Assembly: GCA_965248265.1 (NCBI GenBank)
Contig: CBDFJF010000001.1
Coordinates: 32,001-96,000 of the forward strand
Length of the DNA: 64,000 bases
Reading direction: 5' to 3'
From: Candidatus Latescibacterota bacterium
GTDB lineage: Bacteria > Latescibacterota > UBA2968 > UBA8231
The notes under the pieces were generated by a model that was given only the letters and a program-made list of their open reading frames with translations, ran no database searches and was not told the DNA's origin. This document shows positions 41,627 to 50,457 of the stretch, piece by piece. Numbering within the stretch: position 1 is the first letter of the stretch; every line of letters starts with the position of its first letter. The position numbers and the translations under genes were made by a program.

Positions 41627-42887
41627 TCTCAGGTCCAGTGCGGCCGCCCTCTTCTGCCTGCTTTGTACCCCTGCAGCCGCGGTCGAGATTGGATCCAGTG
41701 GTGATGGCGACCAGGCGTGGACCCTCAACACGGCTCTCAAATGGACCTCACTCATGTCGCGCGCCCCGAGCGATGTTGCCCTGTATCCGGAGCCCTGGAG
41801 CAGCGCCTCCCTCTGGCGCGGCCGCCTCACTCTCGGCACTCAGGCGACCTCGAATGTGTACCTGGAGACCGCTTACGAACACCGCCTCCGCACGGTGTCC
41901 GACGGTGCGGAGGCCAGCGGTGGCAGTGGAATACTGGTTCCAGAGATACGGGCACCCTACAGGATCTGGCAGATCGATGATGCGCTGGTAACCAGCGGCC
42001 AATCGTTGTCCTACCGGCACGGCCTGGACCGCGCCGTGCTCGCAACCCCAATCGGATCCGCAGAGCTCCAGATCGGCCGCCAGGCGCTCGGCTGGGGCCG
42101 CGGCGTCCTGTTCGGCGCCGTCGACATCTTCGCGCCGTTTACACCTCTCGAGAACGACCGCGAATGGCGCCGTGGGGTTGACGCGGTGAGAATCAGCATA
42201 CCGTTGACCGACCTGGTGGCGCTCGAGACCGTAGCTGCTTTCGGTGAGGACATCGACCGATCAGCCTTCGTGGCTCGCCTTTACGGATACATCGGCGACG
42301 TCGACGGCGAACTGCTCCTGGGCCGTCGCCGCCGCGACCTGTTCCTGGGTACTGCCCTATCAGCCTCACTCTTGGACGCAGAGCTGCACGGTGAACTGGC
42401 GATGTTCAACACAGAGGAGGAACTGCGGCACGGCGCTACCTTCGGCCGCGACGACGTAACCCTCAAGGCCGTCGTCGGTGGATCATACGGATGGGATACC
42501 AGCGGAGGCACGATGCTGATCGGGGAGTACCACTTCTCGGGGTTCGGTGTCGACGAGATCGAGGAAGTGACGCTGTTGCTGCTCGATCCGCAATACCGCC
42601 AGCGCGTCTTGCTTGGCGACACTCAGGTACTGGGCCGTCACGCAGCCGCGTTACAATTGTCCCGTGGCCTGGGGAGTGAGTTGCCCTCGACGTTGGGTTG
42701 GATCCTCAGTCCCGCCGATGGCTCGGGCGTGGTGACTGGTGTCACGTCCTGGATTTTCTCCGACAACCTGACCCTTACAGCCAACCTCTATCTGCCTTAC
42801 GGCGCCGAGCCTGAAAACGGCATCCTGAGCAGCGAGTACGGAGGCGTTCCCGCCAGCGGATTGCTCCAGATCAACTTCTACTACTGA
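41601..42887 (+). CDS. Putative outer-membrane beta-barrel associated with the Lol-like exporter
   Basis: Signal peptide, IGRQALGWGRG, GVDAVR, C-terminal LQINFYY. Start uncertain. Confidence 0.75.
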   Translation: MNQAKQAVSLRSSAAALFCLLCTPAAAVEIGSSGDGDQAWTLNTALKWTSLMSRAPSDVALYPEPWSSASLWRGRLTLGTQATSNVYLETAYEHRLRTVSDGAEASGGSGILVPEIRAPYRIWQIDDALVTSGQSLSYRHGLDRAVLATPIGSAELQIGRQALGWGRGVLFGAVDIFAPFTPLENDREWRRGVDAVRISIPLTDLVALETVAAFGEDIDRSAFVARLYGYIGDVDGELLLGRRRRDLFLGTALSASLLDAELHGELAMFNTEEELRHGATFGRDDVTLKAVVGGSYGWDTSGGTMLIGEYHFSGFGVDEIEEVTLLLLDPQYRQRVLLGDTQVLGRHAAALQLSRGLGSELPSTLGWILSPADGSGVVTGVTSWIFSDNLTLTANLYLPYGAEPENGILSSEYGGVPASGLLQINFYY

Positions 42888-42964
42888 AGCGGGTCGCTAA
42901 AGCGGGTCGCTAAAGCGGGTCGCTAAAGCGGGTCGCTAAAGCGGGTCGCTAAAGCGGGCTGCTA
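42887..42964. repeat. 13-bp tandem repeat (AAGCGGGTCGCTA) x5 plus one variant
   Basis: Exact copies start at 42887, 42900, 42913, 42926, 42939; variant AAGCGGGCTGCTA at 42952. Confidence 0.95.
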
Positions 42965-43753
42965 CTCCACGGCATAGAGTGAGTTCACGCAGCCGTCTAC
43001 CCAAACGGACTCCGAGTAGTGATTTACGGCAATTCCATCAGCGATCGGCGTAGGCTTGTTGACGATGAACTCGATCCAGTCCGGGCTGTTGAAAGCCGAA
43101 AAAGCCAACCGAAAGGCTTCGGGATTGCGCTCGACCGGCTGTGAAAAATCCGCGTAGACGACCGGCCCTGTGTCTGTTTGATAGAACACATGACGCTCAC
43201 TGACATTGATCGTCGTCACCGGATAGTCGATGACGATGCCATATCCATTCGACTCGTATTGGGTGCGGGCCGTTACCGGCAACGCGGCATCGACGGCCTC
43301 CACGACCTCCATCGGAGTGCCTAATTCGACTACCTCGATCGGCTTGGGCTTGATCTGATGCTTCCAGAAGAAGTCGGTGTCGATGAGCTGCCGTTCCGGC
43401 TGTTGCCCCAGCGACGGCGGGTCGAGCATGACGGTCTTGCCCTGCTGTGGCCAGCTCTTGACGATCAGCGAGTCCTTCTGTGACATGATGATGCGAAAAT
43501 CGGCATTGGGCTGGGTGAAGATGCCCAGTTCCCTGTCGGATCCCACTCGTTCCGTCTTGCAAGCTTCTGACAGGTAATATTCGGAGACACTTCCCTGTGG
43601 ATCGGTAAGCGTCAGATGGCAATCGACCCGTACTCGCGCGCGGTTGTGGACATTCTGTCGTAGATCGGAAACCGTTTTCGGCGGATGGGCTTCGAAGTCT
43701 GATTCGAAGAACAAGAAGGATCTGTCAAAATCGAGCATGGTAATTGTGACCAT
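42962..43753 (-). CDS. Hypothetical protein (paralog of 22733..23509)
   Basis: ACKTERVG, QPNADF, YQTDTGPV, FNSPDWIEFIV..PT, HYSESV. Confidence 0.8.
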   Translation of the reverse strand: MVTITMLDFDRSFLFFESDFEAHPPKTVSDLRQNVHNRARVRVDCHLTLTDPQGSVSEYYLSEACKTERVGSDRELGIFTQPNADFRIIMSQKDSLIVKSWPQQGKTVMLDPPSLGQQPERQLIDTDFFWKHQIKPKPIEVVELGTPMEVVEAVDAALPVTARTQYESNGYGIVIDYPVTTINVSERHVFYQTDTGPVVYADFSQPVERNPEAFRLAFSAFNSPDWIEFIVNKPTPIADGIAVNHYSESVWVDGCVNSLYAVE

Positions 43754-43804
43754 GGCCTGTCTCCCGTATTGTCGAGGACGATCCGTCCCTCAAGGGACGA
43801 TCGG

Positions 43805-44305
43805 TTACTCAAGCCTGATCGTCGTGTCTTTGTGGAACGTACGCCACCCCAGGCCGGCCCCCGCCGCTGAACCCAGGCCACCGGCGAGCACCACCCCGGC
43901 TGCGTCGACGCTACCGGTCAGGGCCAGCACGCCGGCAGTCAGCGCCCCGATGCCGATCGCCGTTACCGCCGACAACAGGACCTCCGTGATCCCTGCACGC
44001 AGGATGACCCGGTCAACCTCACGAGTGGACACCTGCATCGTGTCTCCCGAACTGCTGCTGTGCAGGACAAATCGATCCCCATGCAGGGTCCGAAGTCTGC
44101 CAACCTTGAACTCGCCGCTGCGCAATACCATGGTCATTTCACGATCAGCGAAACGACGCACCAACTTGCGGGCGCGAACATGACGTGCCTGAGACAACTC
44201 GTCGTCGCGACGGACGGAATCTGCGGCGGCGGACTCCGTGGCAAGAGCGGGCTCGCCGCTCAGGCATGTAAACGACAGGATGAGGTAGAAATAGAGTCGA
44301 TTCAT
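43805..44305 (-). CDS. Secreted hypothetical protein with small beta domain and Gly-rich hydrophobic C-terminus
   Basis: Signal peptide; glycine-zipper-like GIGALTAG...GGLGSAAGAGLG. Confidence 0.7.
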   Translation of the reverse strand: MNRLYFYLILSFTCLSGEPALATESAAADSVRRDDELSQARHVRARKLVRRFADREMTMVLRSGEFKVGRLRTLHGDRFVLHSSSSGDTMQVSTREVDRVILRAGITEVLLSAVTAIGIGALTAGVLALTGSVDAAGVVLAGGLGSAAGAGLGWRTFHKDTTIRLE

Positions 44306-44310
44306 GGCTC

Positions 44311-45642
44311 TCAGAGCTCGTAAAATTCCCAGTAGAGGGTTATGAAAGGTTTTTGGAAATGCATCCCCAATCGCAGCGTCTCTGACACGGCCATGAGCAC
44401 GCCAAAGTCCATGTCCACTGGTCGGTAGCGACCACTGGGACTGTCGAAGGTGAACGGCTCACCGACGTCACCCAGGTAATCGTCCATCGCCTTTCCAAAA
44501 CTCAGGTACTTGTAGCCATTGTCGGCCCACAGCCGTCCTATCAGTTTGAGTCGTTTGGACAAATCGTAGTCCGCGGCCACCCAGACCCGGTACGGAAAGC
44601 GGAAATCGGAATCCCAGGTGAAGGACGAGTCTTTCAGGGCCGGTTTATCGAAGGCCATGCCGTTGGTCGAGAATCCCAGGTGCCACCCCCACTTGCCCCG
44701 GCCCGAACCCAGGGGTTGGCGGTGACTGAGGACGGTGTGGAAGGTCCAGTCGAATTGACGTGCATCTGGATCCTCGAGTACGTCTTCGATCTCCATCGCA
44801 TCGGGTGAGATCTCGTCGAAGCGCTGGTCATCGGAAACGATTACTCCATCTCGGCCCCTGCCGAGCCAATGGCTGTACTGCCGGTAGCGAGAGATCATGC
44901 GGTGGTCGCGAAAGAGCCCAAGCCCGACGGCAAGCGCGGTTTCCGACGCGCCTTGCGCCCGCTGAAAGACGGCGTAACGCAGTTTCACGTTCAGATCGCC
45001 GTTGAAATCGGGTCCGATGTTGGTGAAGACGTTGAAGCGTTCCGAAAAACCGTACCCCAGACTCAACCCGCTTATGTAGAAGGTGTGCGGACGCAACAGA
45101 AACGCTGTCGGATCGGTAAAGGTACCGGTCAAGGTCGCCTCCCCCTGGTAAAAACGCTTCTTCTCTTCTGCCCACGAAATGCGCTTGCCGCCATAGTAGC
45201 GATGCATCTCGCGAATGTCCTCCTTGGAGACGACGACATCGCCGTAGGCGCTGCGAACGACCACCTCCTGAGAATCCTCCTTCAGGACGGGACCGTCGTA
45301 CCCGGTATCATCCTTCTTAACCACTTCTACCGTCTCCTCCAGGATCGCCATGGCCGGTATCCGCAGGGTCCCGTCGAGGGTCTCGATCGTGCACACGTTG
45401 ACGCCGTCGATGTCGACGATCTTGCCAGTGACGGCGTTGCCGTCACGTAGGTGGAAGCGCTTGGACATCCCTATGTGCAGGGCCCGCGCAGCGCTTGAGG
45501 ACGCCGGTGACACCAGCTCCAGAGAGTCCGCTTCAGGTGAGATGGCTCCGGCCCAGGTTGGCCCGGCCACGAGCAAAACAATGATCGTTATGATCGGTAT
45601 CATCGTTATCATGGTAGTGGTGTACGAAGCGATCGCTTTCAT
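44311..45642 (-). CDS. Putative outer-membrane beta-barrel protein with N-terminal small beta repeats
   Basis: Signal peptide; two repeats (LRDGNAVTGKIV / KKDDTGYDGPVL); amphipathic strands; ends in LYWEFYEL. Confidence 0.7.
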   Translation of the reverse strand: MKAIASYTTTMITMIPIITIIVLLVAGPTWAGAISPEADSLELVSPASSSAARALHIGMSKRFHLRDGNAVTGKIVDIDGVNVCTIETLDGTLRIPAMAILEETVEVVKKDDTGYDGPVLKEDSQEVVVRSAYGDVVVSKEDIREMHRYYGGKRISWAEEKKRFYQGEATLTGTFTDPTAFLLRPHTFYISGLSLGYGFSERFNVFTNIGPDFNGDLNVKLRYAVFQRAQGASETALAVGLGLFRDHRMISRYRQYSHWLGRGRDGVIVSDDQRFDEISPDAMEIEDVLEDPDARQFDWTFHTVLSHRQPLGSGRGKWGWHLGFSTNGMAFDKPALKDSSFTWDSDFRFPYRVWVAADYDLSKRLKLIGRLWADNGYKYLSFGKAMDDYLGDVGEPFTFDSPSGRYRPVDMDFGVLMAVSETLRLGMHFQKPFITLYWEFYEL

Positions 45643-45708
45643 GACCGAACCTCCCTGGTGTTGTTACGCGTTTTCAAGACATTGGCGAGAGTGCCACTTA
45701 AACCGTCG

Positions 45709-46833
45709 TCATTCGGACCGGTGACCGGTTGCCTTGACCTCTCCCCACGAAGTGGATGCGACAGCCGTTGACTGACCATTGACCCGCAGCGTCGAGACCA
45801 CGCCGGCATGATCGGACGGCCACAGATCGGATGCCGTGCGGTTATCGGAGTCCGCACCTACGACGCTGGCCGTTTCGACTGAGCTGATCATCTCTGAGCG
45901 GGGACCGCCGAACAGGATGAGATCGATGCGCCGGTTGAAGGACACGGTCGGATTCAGCAGATCGTCGTCGTGACAACAGGTGTACCCCGCGGCCTCATCC
46001 TCTCCAGCCTCCTTCCATGCGTCGCGGAAGCCGGCCTGCATCATCATGCCGTAGGTATCGGTTGTACTGCCGTCGGCAGCCGAGTTGAAGTCACCCAGCA
46101 GGACGACCGGATGCGGTGAGGCCGCGGCGATTTCCAGCAATTGAGCTGCTTGTGCCATCTGCACCGGTGCGGCGGCTCCGCCGCGCTCTAGATGCGTGCT
46201 GACGAAGCGAAAGGTCGCGCCATCCGCGATTACATCGGCCGCCGCCCAACCTCGACGTAGCGTGATGGGGGGGCCCTCTTCGCCGCCGATGGGCAAGGTT
46301 AGATTGATGTCGTAATTGCCGGCCTCTCCGCCCTGAACACTCATGTCTGATCGGACCAGGATCACGTCGCGGTCGGTGAGTCGGATATCGTCCCCCGTGG
46401 AATCGAGCATCTCGACATCAGTCCCGATCATGGTCGAGACCTCATGATAGGAGGCACCACGAGCCTCCAACTCGTCGAGCAACAGGGCGAGGAAGTCGAC
46501 GGCGACCTCGGTGGCCTGCTCGGGATTCCCCTCAAGGAAATCCCCCGGTGACTGAATGCGATACAATGCCACTTCCTGCAGCCCTACGACGTGTGGATTG
46601 GCGTCGGCGATCTCGGTGGCAATCACCCGGGCTCGCTGAGAGAAATCGGTAGCCTGAATGGCCGACCACATCTCCGTCACCAGCGGTGGGACCTCAGCCA
46701 TGGACTGCGCCGCCAGTAGCGGATTGATCGGCGCCCCTATATAGATGTTGCGAGTCATCACCTTCATGTCTTTCGCTCCAACCACCACTGTGGCGACTGC
46801 GAGTGTCAATGGGATCAGGATCTTCCTCTTCAT
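45709..46833 (-). CDS. Secreted endonuclease/exonuclease/phosphatase (EEP) family protein
   Basis: Start MKRKIL at 46833; VMTRN, GLQE, STHL, GDFNS, RIDLIL, PSDHAGV; C-terminal STAVASTSWGEVKA. Confidence 0.9.
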   Translation of the reverse strand: MKRKILIPLTLAVATVVVGAKDMKVMTRNIYIGAPINPLLAAQSMAEVPPLVTEMWSAIQATDFSQRARVIATEIADANPHVVGLQEVALYRIQSPGDFLEGNPEQATEVAVDFLALLLDELEARGASYHEVSTMIGTDVEMLDSTGDDIRLTDRDVILVRSDMSVQGGEAGNYDINLTLPIGGEEGPPITLRRGWAAADVIADGATFRFVSTHLERGGAAAPVQMAQAAQLLEIAAASPHPVVLLGDFNSAADGSTTDTYGMMMQAGFRDAWKEAGEDEAAGYTCCHDDDLLNPTVSFNRRIDLILFGGPRSEMISSVETASVVGADSDNRTASDLWPSDHAGVVSTLRVNGQSTAVASTSWGEVKATGHRSE

Positions 46834-46915
46834 CGGAGCCCTCCGCGTGTGAGTTCGAATGACGGGGTTGCGCATGACACGTTGTCGGCGCCAACCCGGT
46901 CGCACCGCACACCTG

Positions 46916-46930
46916 GCAAAGTCGGTACCA
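46916..46930 (-). promoter_or_regulatory. Sigma54 -24/-12 promoter facing the EEP operon
   Basis: Minus strand TGGTACCGACTTTGC (GG-N10-GC). Confidence 0.75.
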
Positions 46931-47033
46931 GTAGCCGTTTCGAAATCAGCCTGCCGTCCATAACCTGTTAATTTTATGTCGGTTACATATGAAACTATCT
47001 CCCCTTTCAGAGCTTTCGTGTCCACGAAAATCG

Positions 47034-47168
47034 ATTGCGCATATATGCGCGAACGTGCGTAACTTCTGCACACTTACCCAAATATGGCTTGCAATCAGAG
47101 ACACCGAGGGTATATTGACGTTGCTAATCTTGCGTAATAGTGCGCTAATTTGCGTAATCATTGCGCGA
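47034..47168. promoter_or_regulatory. Phased TGCG(C/T) repeat array, putative activator-binding region
   Basis: Motif at 47036, 47046, 47056 and 47131, 47141, 47151, 47162 in an AT-rich intergenic region. Confidence 0.6.
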
Positions 47169-47221
47169 CCATGCATCCTGAGTTGCATTCGAGATTGCGA
47201 TTCACATCCTATGAACCGTAA

Positions 47222-47234
47222 AATCAAGAAGTTA
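47222..47234 (+). promoter_or_regulatory. IHF consensus site
   Basis: AATCAAGAAGTTA matches WATCAANNNNTTR; a one-mismatch mirror copy lies on the minus strand at 46961-46973. Confidence 0.6.
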
Positions 47235-47262
47235 CGCATCTGATCGAACGCTCGCTGTCAGT

Positions 47263-47277
47263 TGGTACATTCTTTGC
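47263..47277 (+). promoter_or_regulatory. Sigma54 -24/-12 promoter facing the activator gene
   Basis: TGGTACATTCTTTGC (GG-N10-GC). Confidence 0.75.
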
Positions 47278-47346
47278 GTAACCACTGACAGAAGGCCAAA
47301 ACGCGCAATTCGATCGACAGGAATTCTAACTTGTGAGAGGTATACG

Positions 47347-49350
47347 ATGACTCAGTTGGCAACAAACCCTGCGAGTCCGATGCGGGCGAGAGGCCCAGAA
47401 CCTGCAGTCCTCAAGAGATTGCGCCGCGCAGTACAACGCGACCGTCTCATCGCCGACATAGCCGCCATGGCGCCGCAGGACCAGGCCCTGGTGCTGACCA
47501 ATCGGCTCGCTCAGACCACCGTCCGCTACCTCACCTCCATCGATCAGATTACCGGCCAACGACTGGCGGAGGAACTGCGCTCGATCACCTCCCCGAGTGA
47601 GTACGATATGCTGCTGGAGGATCGGACCTACACCTTCTTTCACGTAGTTCAGTTTCTCTATGAGTACGCGAAACACTACGCCACGGTCTCTGACCGCCGC
47701 TTCTTCTGCTTCGGCATGGGGCGTGGAGGTGGTGGTATTGAAGTTGCCCCCGACACCGAAGTGGTCAGCTTGCTGGTGCTGTTGATGAGCGCCTTGCCCT
47801 CGGATTCCGACAGCCACAACCTCAATCTCGTCATGGAACAGCTGGGGCCGACCATTCTTCAGACGGTCCTGACCCCCTCCCTGTTCGACGTCGAGGTCAA
47901 CACCATCGGCAACTCCGGTCTGCGGTTGACCTTGCGTTATTCTGATCGACGCCAGTTGGAAGCCCGTCTTGGCGAATACGGCCTTGAGGGTGACACCGGG
48001 CAGCTTTTCCTAAACACTGCCATGCATGTTCAAGGCCTGGTGCAGCTGGCCTTTGACACCTTCGTCCAGAACGCCGACGGGGCGATACGTACCGAGGGGC
48101 TCATTCAGGATCTGTCAACGGACGAGTCCGCGCAGATCGAGAGGACCTGCACCTGCCATTGGCAGATTGAGTGGGACTTGGATGTGGTACTGCGACGCGA
48201 GGCTGAGCCGCAACAGGTCCTGCAGCTGGGCAGCGTGATATTCCAGGCCCTGCACCGCAAGGACCTGCAGTACTACCATGAGCGCATCAAAACACTCGAG
48301 ATGCAGGTCCAGGAGCTGTCACAAGATGGCCGCTTTCACGAGATGATCGGCCGCAGCTCGAGAATGAGACAGCTGTACCAGCTGGTCGATCAGGTAGCCA
48401 CTTCGGACCAGACGGTTCTCATTCGCGGCGAGTCCGGCACCGGCAAAGAGCTTACCGCCCGGGCCCTGCACCAGAGTAGCCCGCGTCGCGACCTTCCGTT
48501 TGTCGCCGTCAATTGCGCTGCGTTTTCTGAAAATCTGCTGGAAAGCGAGCTCTTTGGGCACGAAAAGGGGGCCTTCACCGGCGCCATTCAAACCAAACCC
48601 GGACGCTTCGAGCGTGCGGACGGAGGCACCTTGTTTCTCGACGAGGTTGGCGACATCCCGCTCATCACGCAGGTCAAGCTGCTGCGCGTGATCGAAGACC
48701 AAACCTTCGAGCGTGTCGGTGGAACGGAGAGCATTCGTGTCGATGTCCGCATCGTCGGGGCGACCAACCGCAATCTCGAGGAGCTTATCGCGAGCGGCCA
48801 GTTCAGAGAGGATTTCTTCTTCAGACTGCACGTGCTGCCGATCGAACTGCCTTCACTGCGCGAACACGCCGAGGACATCCCGGAACTTGCCCAGCACTTT
48901 CTCGAGCAAATCGCCACGCGCTCCAAAAAGGAGGTGACCGGACTGTCCCGCGGTGCCGTCGAACGGCTCGTCAGTTACCCGTGGCCCGGCAACATTCGCG
49001 AACTCAGAAACGTCATCGAACGCGCCGTGGCGGTTTATGCCAGGGAATCAACGCTGAGCGAAAGTGACATATCCCGGTCGTTGGGCATGCACGAACGAGC
49101 AGCGCCAGTAGTACCACTGAACCTCAGACAACGCCGTCAGGTAGAGTTCATGAACGGCTTCCCGTCAGGCTCCACCATCGAGGACATTCTCGAGCATCTC
49201 ATCCACGCGCAGACTCCAGGCAGCTCCCGGCGCAGCCTGCAGAACGACCTACGCAAGCTTTCCGACATGGGCTACGTCGTCTGGCTCAAGGACGGCAGCG
49301 CTCGAACCTACACGACAACGGAGCTGGGACGGCAGCTGTCCCAATCGTAA
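47347..49350 (+). CDS. Sigma54-dependent transcriptional activator (bEBP) with unassigned N-terminal domain and winged-HTH C-terminus
   Basis: [38 protein letters not shown]; C-terminal [18 protein letters not shown]. Confidence 0.92.
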   Translation: MTQLATNPASPMRARGPEPAVLKRLRRAVQRDRLIADIAAMAPQDQALVLTNRLAQTTVRYLTSIDQITGQRLAEELRSITSPSEYDMLLEDRTYTFFHVVQFLYEYAKHYATVSDRRFFCFGMGRGGGGIEVAPDTEVVSLLVLLMSALPSDSDSHNLNLVMEQLGPTILQTVLTPSLFDVEVNTIGNSGLRLTLRYSDRRQLEARLGEYGLEGDTGQLFLNTAMHVQGLVQLAFDTFVQNADGAIRTEGLIQDLSTDESAQIERTCTCHWQIEWDLDVVLRREAEPQQVLQLGSVIFQALHRKDLQYYHERIKTLEMQVQELSQDGRFHEMIGRSSRMRQLYQLVDQVATSDQTVLIRGESGTGKELTARALHQSSPRRDLPFVAVNCAAFSENLLESELFGHEKGAFTGAIQTKPGRFERADGGTLFLDEVGDIPLITQVKLLRVIEDQTFERVGGTESIRVDVRIVGATNRNLEELIASGQFREDFFFRLHVLPIELPSLREHAEDIPELAQHFLEQIATRSKKEVTGLSRGAVERLVSYPWPGNIRELRNVIERAVAVYARESTLSESDISRSLGMHERAAPVVPLNLRQRRQVEFMNGFPSGSTIEDILEHLIHAQTPGSSRRSLQNDLRKLSDMGYVVWLKDGSARTYTTTELGRQLSQS

Positions 49351-49443
49351 GCCGGACCCCTTCCTCGAAAACACACACTGGGTGTCTGCGCGGTTCTACA
49401 ATCGTTAGATTGTGCGCTCCCCTTTTCGCGAAACGAGGATGCC

Positions 49444-50457
49444 ATGGCCACCCAGGCGACGGTAGACGTCAGATCATTCATAGTCGGAGCGTTGGTCGGA
49501 GCCGTCGTCCTGTTCGCCGTTGGAGCGTGGTTCTGGGACCGGCAGGAAGCACCGTTACGGTGGAGTACGGCTGAGACCGAACGAGACCGCGCCGAGGAGG
49601 TTACTCCGAACTCGAATGTGTTTGATTACGCCGCCCAGTTCGAGCAGCAGCTGAAGGTCGAGGATGCGTTGCAGAAAAAGGCTCAAACCATGCTCGATGG
49701 GATTATCGGAAAGAATCGATCCTTCGTGAGGGTCAACGTCAGCATGGACTTCAGCCGCCGTACGATGGAGGCCAGCTCGGTGGAACCGGGAACCACCCAG
49801 ACCGTGCTGAGTGAGGAGACCTCTGAGAAGAATTCAGCCGAAACAGGTACCGAAGAGAGCGTCGCGCGCAGCTACGGCGTCAACCGCTTGATTGAAGACA
49901 CAACTGGATCCATCGGCACGATCACCAGACTCACTATGGCGCTGTCAGTCGACATGACCAAGGTCATTCACGACATCGAGACCAATGAGTTTCGCGAGGT
50001 CGACCGTCAACAGGAGGAGATCGACCAGCTGGAGCAACTCGTGAAGCAGTCCGTTGGTTTCGACGAGACGCGTGGTGACGAGAGCACCATTTTCGCACTG
50101 CGCTTCGACAAATCCCAGGAGATTCAGGCAAAGGAAACTGCCGTAACAAAGGAGCGGCGCGGGTTTTGGGTCAACGTTGCCAAGATCGCTGCCATACTCA
50201 TCGCCCTGCTGGTACTGCGACGGATGTGGCGAAGCAGTGATTCCAACGATATCAGGAGATACTTGGCGGACAAAGACAGTCAAGCCGCGTTGTTGATCGC
50301 CGCCGGTGTCTTTCTGTGTGCCCACGCCCTCCACTTGTGGGGCGACTCTCTGAGCTGGGGTGAACTCGGCGCACTGCCCGGACTGTTCTTTCTACTGCTG
50401 GGAGTATCCAGAGTCTGCCGATGCTGCTCATCGCCGGAGGCACCACAGTCAGCGTGA
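49444..50457 (+). CDS. Orphan protein containing the FliF C-terminal (RBM3/beta-collar) region
   Basis: KAQTMLDGIIGKNRSFVRVNVSMDF...TITRLTMALSVD...LEQLVKQSVGFDETRGD followed by TM; RBM1/2 absent; two extra TM helices. Confidence 0.78.
   Translation: MATQATVDVRSFIVGALVGAVVLFAVGAWFWDRQEAPLRWSTAETERDRAEEVTPNSNVFDYAAQFEQQLKVEDALQKKAQTMLDGIIGKNRSFVRVNVSMDFSRRTMEASSVEPGTTQTVLSEETSEKNSAETGTEESVARSYGVNRLIEDTTGSIGTITRLTMALSVDMTKVIHDIETNEFREVDRQQEEIDQLEQLVKQSVGFDETRGDESTIFALRFDKSQEIQAKETAVTKERRGFWVNVAKIAAILIALLVLRRMWRSSDSNDIRRYLADKDSQAALLIAAGVFLCAHALHLWGDSLSWGELGALPGLFFLLLGVSRVCRCCSSPEAPQSA

Noticed and set aside
42887-42964. Possible CRISPR array (also 31363-31435)
   Set aside because: Units are directly adjacent with no spacers, are too short, and no cas genes are present.
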